From: Candidatus Saccharimonadota bacterium
GTDB lineage: Bacteria; Patescibacteriota; Saccharimonadia; Saccharimonadales; Saccharimonadaceae
Assembly: GCA_001029695.1 (NCBI GenBank)
Contig: CP011211.1
Coordinates: 570,001-602,000, forward strand
Length of the DNA stretch: 32,000 nucleotides
Direction of reading: 5' to 3'
A program made the translations under genes and the position numbers. Of the stretch, positions 9,352 through 19,549 are shown piece after piece; the stretch's first letter is position 1; each line of letters starts with the position of its first letter. Under the pieces are notes generated by a model that had not been told where the DNA came from, made no database searches, and saw only the letters and a list, made by a program, of their open reading frames with translations.

Positions 9352-9382
9352 AAAATAACCGGCCACTGAGACCGGTTATTTT
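9352..9382 (-). terminator. Intrinsic terminator splitting the surface cluster into two transcription units
   Basis: aaaataaccgg (9352-9362) pairs with ccggttatttt (9372-9382). On the minus strand the hairpin is followed by ttttatg, directly downstream of the 9422 stop. Confidence 0.7.
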
Positions 9383-9421
9383 AGTTGTCACATATTATGC
9401 GACATTCAGTATAAAGCTAGC

Positions 9422-11026
9422 TTAGTACTGAGGAGCTGCAAGATAGTTAATCTTGGTTGTGTATACACCAGCTGGAGTGTCTGCAGCGATATTTGCTACA
9501 TAACGCATCTTCGCTGTTGCACAACTAATGACTTGCTTATTTTGCTGAGCAATCGGCACAGGAACTGTTGAGCTTGATTTCTGGAAAGCAAACTTTGCTG
9601 TACCTGCAGTATCACCACTCGCGAGGCTTCCTTCACCTTCATTGTATTCATCACTAGCTGTTTGAATTGGAGTATCAGCAGGATCAGTAATTAATGTAGT
9701 GAATGGAAAAGCACTAACAGGCTTATAGCCAGCATCTGCATCAAGATTGCTATCCTGACGAGCCTTAAGGGCTGGATCTATAAGATCTGCACCAGTATTT
9801 GAACCAGCATTGACAAACGCAAGGCCAAACTGCTCGGTACCAACCTGGTTTACTGTCTTAGTTGGTCCCATTTCACGAATCTCGTCACCTACGGTATTTG
9901 CAAGTGTATTACCTGAATAGTACACAGTTGCACCACCAGATGAGTTAGATGATAGACGCCAGTACGAATTCACATCGTAAGCTTGACGTGTATCAAGTGA
10001 GTTCTCTGCACTTGGGTTACCAAGGTCTAGACGGTTGTTGTTAACCTGAAGGATAGGGTCGCAGGTACCGTGAGTAACACTTGTTCCTTCGCAGTCAGGA
10101 TTTTCCGGAGCAACTGGACAATTGACAACCTTAGTATCACGATTCCGTGTACCTACTGAGAATGACATCGTCTCAAGAACTTTAGTCGTAATGTGGATTG
10201 AATCAGTCATTACGTTAGCGACCGTAACACCACCATCGATGATATTAGCAGCAGTCACTGCTGAGTCACTTTTATACGTATTGATCTTGACGAAGAATGA
10301 ACCTTCACCTGGATTAGTGATGTGATTCGTCTCTGTTGCCTTGAAAATCACCTTAACCTCTTGGTTAAATGCCGGGGTCACACCACTTACGTGTGTTAAA
10401 GTGATATAGTTCCTCTTACCCGTCAGAGCACTGTTGGTGCTAGGATCAGAGTAGGCAGCATCTTCAACGTTAGTTGCATTCATCGCCCAGCCTGTTGATT
10501 GATCAACACCATTCACCAAAACTACGAAGTCCGTACCTGCTTGAGGACTTGTGTAGTTGACGTCAAGGTCACTCTTTTTGACGCCTGCAGCAATGTTCTC
10601 TGCGTTTGTCTTACGGTCATCTGGGGTTGGAGTCCTAGCATCACCGTCATTGTTACCAGGCGCTTGACACAAGCCAGCAGCTTTTGTGCAGTACTGGAAG
10701 GTTATAGCCTTAACTGGGTCATTTGGTGCTGTACTATCGGAACTCACCTTAAAGCTGAAGGTCTCGCCAGTCTTCATGCCATTAGGACCAGAGCCAGCTG
10801 GCGCATACGTTCCCGTGGCATCAGCACTTGGACTAGCGGTTGAATTGCCCGATCCGTCCGTATCCATAAAGCCTGGAGCCGAACTACTAAGCAGTAGGGA
10901 GCGTTCGGTAAGCGGATTTAATGAATCCGCGAAAACCGGCACCGCTGGAACTACTGCTGCTGCAAAAATAGCAACGGCCGCTCCAAGCGTCACGCTCCGC
11001 TGAGCGATTGATTTGAGTGTATACAT
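9422..11026 (-). CDS. Large secreted beta-rich surface protein, WxL-like C-terminal domain (paralog family member 3)
   Basis: 534 aa. AGGAGA RBS and signal peptide (AAAVVPAVPVFADS). Shared module: ERSLLLSSSAPG...FSFKVSS...YCTKAAGLCQAP. Retains one W-x-L (SYWRLSSNSSGGATVYYSG). C-terminus: EQFGLAFVNAG...DTPAGVYTTKINYLAAPQY. Confidence 0.75.
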   Translation of the reverse strand: MYTLKSIAQRSVTLGAAVAIFAAAVVPAVPVFADSLNPLTERSLLLSSSAPGFMDTDGSGNSTASPSADATGTYAPAGSGPNGMKTGETFSFKVSSDSTAPNDPVKAITFQYCTKAAGLCQAPGNNDGDARTPTPDDRKTNAENIAAGVKKSDLDVNYTSPQAGTDFVVLVNGVDQSTGWAMNATNVEDAAYSDPSTNSALTGKRNYITLTHVSGVTPAFNQEVKVIFKATETNHITNPGEGSFFVKINTYKSDSAVTAANIIDGGVTVANVMTDSIHITTKVLETMSFSVGTRNRDTKVVNCPVAPENPDCEGTSVTHGTCDPILQVNNNRLDLGNPSAENSLDTRQAYDVNSYWRLSSNSSGGATVYYSGNTLANTVGDEIREMGPTKTVNQVGTEQFGLAFVNAGSNTGADLIDPALKARQDSNLDADAGYKPVSAFPFTTLITDPADTPIQTASDEYNEGEGSLASGDTAGTAKFAFQKSSSTVPVPIAQQNKQVISCATAKMRYVANIAADTPAGVYTTKINYLAAPQY

Positions 11027-11171
11027 ATTTTGTATATCTCCTGTTGAATTATATGTTTATATTTTTTGGTCCTTTTTCAAGGGGTACAGGCGCATTTTAC
11101 CATTAGCAGCATAGCAAGCGCAATAGATTTCACAACATTTCACGAAATTTTAAGACTTATCCACACCTAAC

Positions 11172-11912
11172 CTAGAAAATCGGTATAACAACTGCAGAAA
11201 AATCGCCTGTATAATGACCCGCTGGTGTCGAGCTTGAGACATTGACGATCATGCTAATAGTGTAATTAGTCTGCCCAGATTCGCTAAGACTGCGAGCCAC
11301 GACGTCACCACTCACGTACTTAAATAGATTTGGAGTACGGTAAGCTTCTTCGATAACACCGAAGCTTGTCTGACTCGATGGTATTTGGATAGGCCCCAGA
11401 CCAACCTGCGGTGCCGTATTTGGCGCGGCATTGATGGCAAATTGCTCCACACCTGGTGTCGCAGCGGTCGGTGTTTTTGGTGTTTTGAGGGTATGGCCGT
11501 CATATTTTGGCGGATCGCCAACTATCTGTAGCATGTAGCCGTCGCTCAGGTAATTGCGGACCTGCACAGTCATCGTCTTTGTCGAGGTCTTCTCGGTACT
11601 CAGTACACCCAGGTTTGACTCACCAGCGCCAACGATTACTTCAAGAAGTGGCTCGCCGTCAACTACAGGACCAAATGCCGCTGAATTGCTCGCACTTTTA
11701 CTTCTTCCACCCGCCATATCTCCTATCGAAGCTTGCGCACAGTACTGCCCAGAACAACTCTTCAGCGTCGAGCCTGAGCTAAACTGAGATTCGGTAACCT
11801 GGTAGTTTGAGGAGTTGGACGTCTCTGCAAATGCCGTTCCCGCGCCACCACAAACAATTGCGCCCATTAGCACCATCAATTTTAAGTAGCTCCCCAGTCT
11901 CCGTTTTTGCAT
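11172..11912 (-). CDS. Small secreted WxL-like protein (paralog family member 4; C-terminal domain only)
   Basis: 246 aa with a signal peptide (GAGTAFAETS). Contains MTVQVRNYLSDGYMLQIVG, where Y-M-L sits in the place of the first W-x-L. Then EQFAINAAPNTAPQVG...FKYVSGDVVAR...STPAGHYTGDFSAVVIPIF, which aligns with the C-termini of 8226, 9422 and 4890. Confidence 0.7.
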   Translation of the reverse strand: MQKRRLGSYLKLMVLMGAIVCGGAGTAFAETSNSSNYQVTESQFSSGSTLKSCSGQYCAQASIGDMAGGRSKSASNSAAFGPVVDGEPLLEVIVGAGESNLGVLSTEKTSTKTMTVQVRNYLSDGYMLQIVGDPPKYDGHTLKTPKTPTAATPGVEQFAINAAPNTAPQVGLGPIQIPSSQTSFGVIEEAYRTPNLFKYVSGDVVARSLSESGQTNYTISMIVNVSSSTPAGHYTGDFSAVVIPIF

Positions 11913-12019
11913 AAGCCTTATACTAGATATTATCTCTTACGACAGATAAAAATACAACTAGCGCCCCATCGACAAGTATAGTAAGCTATACATAAGCATA
12001 ACCAAAAAATACAACTACT

Positions 12020-13036
12020 ATGGAACCTGACAAAAAAAATACCCCGGCCGCAGAGGGCCAATCACCAGAAGAAGAGCAGCAAGCGCCAGCCGATGCTCTC
12101 AGTCGCACGCCCGATGATCTCGAGCAGGAGCAAGCAGAACAAAAAGCAGCTTCAACCGCGAACTCTAGCACTCCAGCCGAGAAAAAAGTATCTCCTATAA
12201 AGAGATTCTTCAAGAAAATAAATGTCTATCTTCTATTGTTTGTTTTGCTAGTCGTCATCGCAGGAGCCATCACTGCCGTAAACTACCTCAATAGCCAGAA
12301 GACTGCACCTGAACCAAATATAGCAAATCAAAGCCTCACCGAAGAAGCACTAAAACAACTCGCAAATACCGATGCAACTGTCGGTGCAGCGTCACAAACA
12401 CTCAACATCCAAGGCAACACGATCATCGCAGGACAGACATTGATGCGGGGAAATCTTAACGTTGCAGGTAACTTCCAAAGTGGCGGCAGTATCCAGGGAC
12501 CGAGCCTCACTATCTCCGGCAACACCAACCTTGGGTCAACCCAAATCAATAACTTACAAGTAGCCACAAACGCGGCCGTGCAAGGATCGACAACTTTACG
12601 TGATTTAAGTGTTTCTGGTACGTCTACTTTTAGTGGAGCAATCACCGCTTCGCAGATCACTGCCTCCCGGCTCGTACTCAGCGGCAATGCCGTCTTGCAG
12701 GTTCCAAATCATATCAGCTTTACCGGCCCTACACCTGGCCGCGGTGCTATTGGCGCCGCACTTGGAAGTGGTGGAACAGCATCGATTAGTGGCTCTGACA
12801 CAGCCGGCACAGTCAGCATCAACACAGGCAACAATACGGCCGTAGGTTGTTTCGTACGAATTAACTTCGCCCAAGCTTTCACAGCACAGCCACGAGTTAT
12901 TATTAGCCCTATAGGTCCTGGCGCTGGAAAAACAGAATATTATGTCGATCGAAACACAAGCGGCTTTAGTATCTGTGCGAGTAGCCCTGCACCGGCAAAT
13001 CAAGCATTTGCATTCGACTACTTTATCGCTGGATAA
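12020..13036 (+). CDS. Single-pass membrane protein: acidic disordered N-terminus, beta-helix-like repeats, lectin-like C-terminal domain
   Basis: 338 aa. The N-terminal 60 aa are rich in E/Q/P/A. TM: INVYLLLFVLLVVIAGAITAV. Imperfect repeats follow: GNLNVAGNFQSGGSIQGPSLTISGNTNLGSTQINNLQVATNAAVQGSTTLRDLSVSGTSTFSG. The C-terminus (VRINFAQAFTAQPRVIISP...SGFSICA...FAFDYFIAG) resembles the F..F...P.V...GF.i...w.A.G pattern of H-type lectin-like domains; that assignment is tentative. Confidence 0.6.
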   Translation: MEPDKKNTPAAEGQSPEEEQQAPADALSRTPDDLEQEQAEQKAASTANSSTPAEKKVSPIKRFFKKINVYLLLFVLLVVIAGAITAVNYLNSQKTAPEPNIANQSLTEEALKQLANTDATVGAASQTLNIQGNTIIAGQTLMRGNLNVAGNFQSGGSIQGPSLTISGNTNLGSTQINNLQVATNAAVQGSTTLRDLSVSGTSTFSGAITASQITASRLVLSGNAVLQVPNHISFTGPTPGRGAIGAALGSGGTASISGSDTAGTVSINTGNNTAVGCFVRINFAQAFTAQPRVIISPIGPGAGKTEYYVDRNTSGFSICASSPAPANQAFAFDYFIAG

Positions 13037-13054
13037 ACTTACTACTAAGTAACT

Positions 13055-13365
13055 CTAGACGTCGACAAACACGACGACGCGATCCGCTTTTACGTGCATG
13101 AGTGCACGATGAATCTTGATGGTTTTTTGACTACCATCTACTGGCTTCACGACAAGACTACACGGCACTAACATACAAAGAAAATTATGATGACGAGGCA
13201 AGATATCAAAAGGACCCGTCTCATTAACCGCGCTCACGCTATACGCGTCACCCTCAAAGTAGACTTGAAATGGCGCATACACCTTAACGGCCATCGTTGG
13301 CTTGCCACCTGATTGCGGTACCGTCTGACTAGAATCAGCTGGCGCAGTGGGAGTTTCGTCGGCCA

Positions 13366-13366
<1 letters not shown>
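13055..13366 (-). CDS. atpC: F1 ATPase epsilon subunit, N-terminal beta-sandwich only
   Basis: KVYAPFQVYFEGDAYSVSAVNETGPFDILPRHHNFLCMLVPCSLVV...HRALMHVKADRVVVFVDV matches the epsilon N-terminal domain (GelGILpgH motif region). The GTG at 13366 overlaps the beta stop (TAGTG). An alternative start is the ATG at 13297 (MAVKVY), preceded by AGGTGG. There is no C-terminal helical hairpin. Confidence 0.7.
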
Positions 13367-15664
<2,298 letters not shown>

Positions 15665-15668
<4 letters not shown>

Positions 15669-17218
15669 GCCTTCGACTCCTCGCTACTAGCTTTTTCAGC
15701 TTCGACAGCTGCAGCAGCCTCGTCGGCTTGGCGTTTCTTTTCGATTTCGGCTTTTGCTTGCTTTTCAATTGCAGCTTTTTTAACCGGATCAATACTCATA
15801 ACCTCAGCCTTCAACGCTGCACATAACTCATCAAAATTACCGTTCATATCCTTGTCTTCTTTGAACTTCGCTGCATAGTCGCGCACTTTCACTTTGAGCT
15901 TCGGAATATCGATAACCTCCTCTGGTGAACTATCGAGTACGATACCCATGATAAATTGCTGCTCAGCAAAACTAAAGATCTCACCAACTGCTTGGTTCAT
16001 AAGCTTGAAGAGCACTTTACCTTTATCGTAGTCGGCTTGCGCCGCTGGACTCAATTCGGTACCAAAGTGAGCATACTCTTCAGCAGTACGATACCCTGCA
16101 AGCGTAAGGTTAAGTTTATCGGCATAGCCCTTTTGACGTTTGTTTTGACCGACACCACCAACACGCGTCACGGAAAGAGCGGTGCTAACAGCAGGGCGCA
16201 TTGTATCTTTAAAGATCTGCCCATCGAGAATCCACTGACCGTCTGTGATCGACATGATGTTTGTCGGAAGATACGCAGTGATGTCACCACCTGGTGCATA
16301 CACGATTGGGATAAGCGTCTGGCTGGCATGATTTGATTCGGTTTTACCGCCACGCTCAAGGAGACTAGAGTGTGTGTAGAACATATCACCAGGATATGAG
16401 TCGCGCCCCGGCGACACTCCGGCGATAAGCGAAATCTCTCGATATGCCTGAGCGTGCGCCGTGAGATCATCGTAGATAACCAATGTATCCATATTGCACT
16501 TATGCCAAAAATACTCACCATGCGCCGCACCAACATATGGCACTAAATAGGTAAGAATTAACGACTCAAACGAGTTACTTACTACAACGATAGCTTTTTT
16601 GAGGGCATCATTCTTTTCAAGATTATTCACAAGCTCAGCCACGTCACGCTGACGCTTAGCGATAAGTACATAGATAACAGTAACATCGGTATTCTTTTGA
16701 TTGATCGCAACTTGCGCAGCCAATGCAGTCTTACCTACTTTGCTATCTCCGAGCATTGCCATACGCTGACCACGCGCGAGCGAGTACTCAAGGTCGAGAA
16801 TTGTCACACCTGTCTCTACGGGTGTATCTAATAGTTCACGCTCATACAGGGCTGGCGCATTATGAAAAACATCCCATTCCTGATCAGCAACAATCTCGCC
16901 TTTGCCGTCGATAGGTTCACCAAATACATTCACTACACGGCCAATAAAGTTTTTTCCCACAGGCGTCATGATGTCACGTGACTCAATCACACATACCGCG
17001 CCAATATGAAGAGGTGTTGGATCTAGTTTCATTACTACAACATGATCTTCAAATACTTCGTGTACATAGCCACGAGTACCATCGTCGAATCGTACTGTAG
17101 CGTGAACATTTGTAGGTTGCAGCCCTTTTATACTCACCATGAACGAGTCAATACCAATCACTTCACCGACTGGATTTCCTGCATCAACCAGTTTTTGGAA
17201 TATCTTATTTATGGCCAC
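15665..17218 (-). CDS. atpA: F1 ATPase alpha subunit (divergent P-loop, K/E/A-rich C-terminal tail)
   Basis: GQRMAMLGDSKVGKTALAAQVAINQ (P-loop GDSKVGKT, versus the usual GDRQTGKT). VIYDDLTAHAQAYREISL. SPGRDSYPGDMFYTHSSLLER. LPTNIMSITDGQWIL...RPAVSTALSVTRVGG. GTG start at 17218. 517 aa, with an extra tail KAAIEKQAKAEIEKKRQADEAAAAVEAEKASSEESKA. Confidence 0.92.
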
Positions 17219-17723
17219 GAAGCGACTCCAATTCTTTTACAAGTAGGTCATGCTGGCTATCGAGTTGCGCCCTCAAACTTAAGTCATGTACTTTATTTGG
17301 GGTTCGCATATACACTCCAGCGACCAAGGCTGGCTGAAGCCCCGCCGCAATAACTACTTGCGGATGTATAGTGGTGCGCAACCACTGAGCAAGCTGGCCT
17401 AAACTTTCACGATCCGCCGGAACAGCAAACGTCATGTGGATAACCGGGAGACTATCTTTTAAAAGACGTAGTTGCTTGATTAGTTCACTTCTCTGTGCGC
17501 TAGTGCCGAGACTGATGTCGTTGCAATCTAAAAACGCAGCCAACTGATCAGAGAAAACTGGCGAATCCGCTACTGATGCACCTGTCTTTGCCCGGACGGC
17601 CATTGTTGTCAGCTCGTTATCAACTCTTTCAAGTTCACGGACAAGACGCGACACATCAACCTTTGTCACGATAGTCGCTGGAAGTGAAAAGCTTGCATAC
17701 ATCTTAGTTTGCGAGTCGCTCAT
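17205..17723 (-). CDS. atpH: F1 ATPase delta (OSCP)-like subunit, divergent N-terminal half
   Basis: The C-terminal half (VIHMTFAVPADRESLGQLAQWL...VVIAAGLQPALVAGVYMRTPNKVHDLSLRAQLD) aligns with the delta C-domain (V.v.sA..L......vdpsliGGv.vr.gd.v.D.Sv...L). The gene's position between the stalk-position gene and alpha also supports the call. I could not align the N-terminal half to canonical delta. Confidence 0.65.
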   Translation of the reverse strand: MSDSQTKMYASFSLPATIVTKVDVSRLVRELERVDNELTTMAVRAKTGASVADSPVFSDQLAAFLDCNDISLGTSAQRSELIKQLRLLKDSLPVIHMTFAVPADRESLGQLAQWLRTTIHPQVVIAAGLQPALVAGVYMRTPNKVHDLSLRAQLDSQHDLLVKELESLRGHK

Positions 17724-18535
17724 AATTTCATATCATCCATGATTTCTTGCTTGTTCGCTTCCATTTGTTGGATAATTGACGGAAGCTGAGCCTTCATGTC
17801 GTACTGATCACCCAAAGCGCCTAGTAGGTAGTGCTCTATGACCTGCGCCATATTCCCCTCAAATGCCTCAACGAGCATAGTCTCTTGGTCCGCTACATTC
17901 TTTTGCAGCGTCACACTTAGCTGTTCGTGCTGCTTCTGTAGTGCTTCCGCACTCTCTGTCACAAGCTTCAAAGCCGACTCGTGAGCCTCTTTCATTGCAG
18001 AAATGCGAGCGCTATTTTCTTCAAATACCGTCGAAAGCATCGCATCCTGACTAGCCACATTTTTCTGCAAGGTCTGCCCAAGTTCATGATGCCGTTCCTG
18101 AAGAGCATGTGCACTTTCCATAACAAGATGAAGTGCTGTGTCTTGAGTTTCTTTCATTGCTTTGCTATTTTGCGCAAACTGGTCGTATAGAGATGCGCTC
18201 AGTTGCTTGTGCTGCTCTTCAAGCTCTGCGGCACTGTGACTCATTGAACGAAGCGCCATGTCCTGTGCGTCTTTTAAGACTTTGCTATTTTCGGCAATCT
18301 GCTTATCGAGCTGTTCGGCAATGTGGTCCTTAAGTTCGGCGCTCGCTTTTGCGATAGTCGCGTTTAGATCTTGCTTAAAAGTTGCGGCGTTGTCATCGAT
18401 TACTTTTTCAAAATGAGACTGTCCTCGTTTGCGGAGATCCTGAAAATACCCATCAAAAAAGCGCTGCACACCATCAGTTGTCTCGTCAACCACTGATTCT
18501 TTGTGCGAATGCTGCTTTTTTTGAAATAATCCCAT
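17720..18535 (-). CDS. Soluble coiled-coil protein with three internal repeats, in the position of the b (atpF) subunit but with no TM helix
   Basis: 271 aa. AAGGTGG RBS, with an ATGA overlap onto atpH. There is no hydrophobic segment anywhere. The sequence is rich in heptad-like Q/E/K/A/L. Three about 40-54-aa repeats begin NSKVLKDAQDMAL..., NSKAMKETQDTAL... and NSARISAMKEAHESAL.... The b-subunit assignment is positional only. Confidence 0.6.
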   Translation of the reverse strand: MGLFQKKQHSHKESVVDETTDGVQRFFDGYFQDLRKRGQSHFEKVIDDNAATFKQDLNATIAKASAELKDHIAEQLDKQIAENSKVLKDAQDMALRSMSHSAAELEEQHKQLSASLYDQFAQNSKAMKETQDTALHLVMESAHALQERHHELGQTLQKNVASQDAMLSTVFEENSARISAMKEAHESALKLVTESAEALQKQHEQLSVTLQKNVADQETMLVEAFEGNMAQVIEHYLLGALGDQYDMKAQLPSIIQQMEANKQEIMDDMKL

Positions 18536-18563
18536 ATTCGTTAACCCACCTTAATCTCTAGCA

Positions 18564-19406
18564 TCATAGCTTCAGTAGTAAATATACCGCAAATAGGCCA
18601 ATAATTAAAATCAATATACTCGTCAAGATAATCTCGAGTAGTGCCCGAAAAATTGACTTCTTCGTCATTGGGTTGCGGCCAATCGAAATCACACCACTGC
18701 GCACCCCGGAATACAATACGGCAATCGCCGCAATAAGACTAACCGCTGTAATTGCCATACTCAAATAAATACGAATAGGGCTCACTTCTTTCTCAGCAAT
18801 CGCCTGTCCAATTCGTTCGAGAATTTCAGGAACTTGGACTTTAGTGCTCTTCTCATTAGGGTTACGTTTGATGTCAATCGTCACGGCAACCTGCCCAAGC
18901 GTAACCGTCTGATTAGTCTTACCTTCCGTATCTTTGAGCGTCGTTGTTCCAAGTGTTACGCCCTTGCCATCAAAGGAGCCAGCGGCACGGCCAAACACAG
19001 TTTTCTCCTCGGTACCCGCTTTCATAGCTACGCCGTTCACAGACGACAGCGTCACATAGTCACCTGTCGCTATCGGCCCACCTTGAGTGCTCACCAGAAC
19101 GTTGTACGTACCCGAGACGGCTACGAATGCTTCATTCTCTAGCCCGCCATTGCTAAGCGTCAATGATAGCTGATTTCGGTCAACTGTCACACCAAACATA
19201 TTCTGGAGCTCTGACTGGGTAGCAATTTTTACACGATCAGAATCTTTGCCTGCCATCTGGACAATCGTCCCAGTGTCGAGTGGTGTATCTGACGCATAGC
19301 CCTGCACGCTACCGCCGCCATAGCTCGCCGCAAGAGCTGGAAGAGAGACAGCTGAAGCAACACCGATGATAACGGCAATGGAAACGATAATTCTCGGTAA
19401 TTTCAC
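18564..19406 (-). CDS. Signal peptide + about 180-aa extracytoplasmic domain + C-terminal 2-TM hairpin with a c-subunit-like GRNP loop; first gene of the ATPase operon
   Basis: 280 aa with a GTG start. Signal peptide MKLPRIIVSIAVIIGVASAVSLPALA/AS. A beta-rich Gly/Thr/Val domain follows. Then IRIYLSMAITAVSLIAAIAVLYSGVRSGVISIGRNPMTKKSIFRALLEIILTSILILIIGLFAVYLLLKL, which has a helix-loop-helix layout and an RNP loop like F-type c subunits (compare ...GYARNPSLKQQLF...). It lacks the GxGxGxG motif and the canonical mid-helix carboxylate. Confidence 0.6.
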   Translation of the reverse strand: MKLPRIIVSIAVIIGVASAVSLPALAASYGGGSVQGYASDTPLDTGTIVQMAGKDSDRVKIATQSELQNMFGVTVDRNQLSLTLSNGGLENEAFVAVSGTYNVLVSTQGGPIATGDYVTLSSVNGVAMKAGTEEKTVFGRAAGSFDGKGVTLGTTTLKDTEGKTNQTVTLGQVAVTIDIKRNPNEKSTKVQVPEILERIGQAIAEKEVSPIRIYLSMAITAVSLIAAIAVLYSGVRSGVISIGRNPMTKKSIFRALLEIILTSILILIIGLFAVYLLLKL

Positions 19407-19449
19407 TTGTTTGTTTAGACTCCATGCGCTCTGTCGTACGCTTGGGATT

Positions 19450-19487
19450 ATTATACCATAACCACCATGACTTTTTTGTCAACAATA
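19450..19487 (-). promoter_or_regulatory. Candidate promoter of the ATPase operon (extended -10)
   Basis: The minus strand reads TTGACA-(21 nt)-TGGTATAAT. The -10 TATAAT is at 19455-19450 and is preceded by TGG. The -35-like TTGACA is too far away for a standard spacer, so the call rests on the extended -10 only. Confidence 0.3.
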
Positions 19488-19549
19488 AGACTTATTTCAA
19501 AGCTCATTTACATAACTCAAAAAAACACCATTTAACACCTTGAAAAACG

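Noticed and set aside
4890-11912. Type IV pilins or sortase-dependent (LPXTG) pilins as the identity of the four secreted paralogs
   Set aside because: Their N-termini are ordinary Sec-type signal peptides with AxA-like sites. They are not class III prepilin leaders (no G/FTLIE-type motif), and I found no LPXTG-like sorting signal at any C-terminus.
12328-13003. Antisense ORFs of 119 aa and 132 aa opposite the 12020..13036 gene
   Set aside because: The sense frame has a coherent TM plus repeat architecture. The antisense translations are Cys/Arg-rich and featureless, which is typical of shadow ORFs in repeat-coding DNA.
16168-16536. 122-aa minus-strand ORF and the 126-aa plus-strand ORF (15956..16336) inside atpA
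   Set aside because: Off-frame or antisense to a highly conserved alpha-subunit coding sequence, so they are shadow ORFs.
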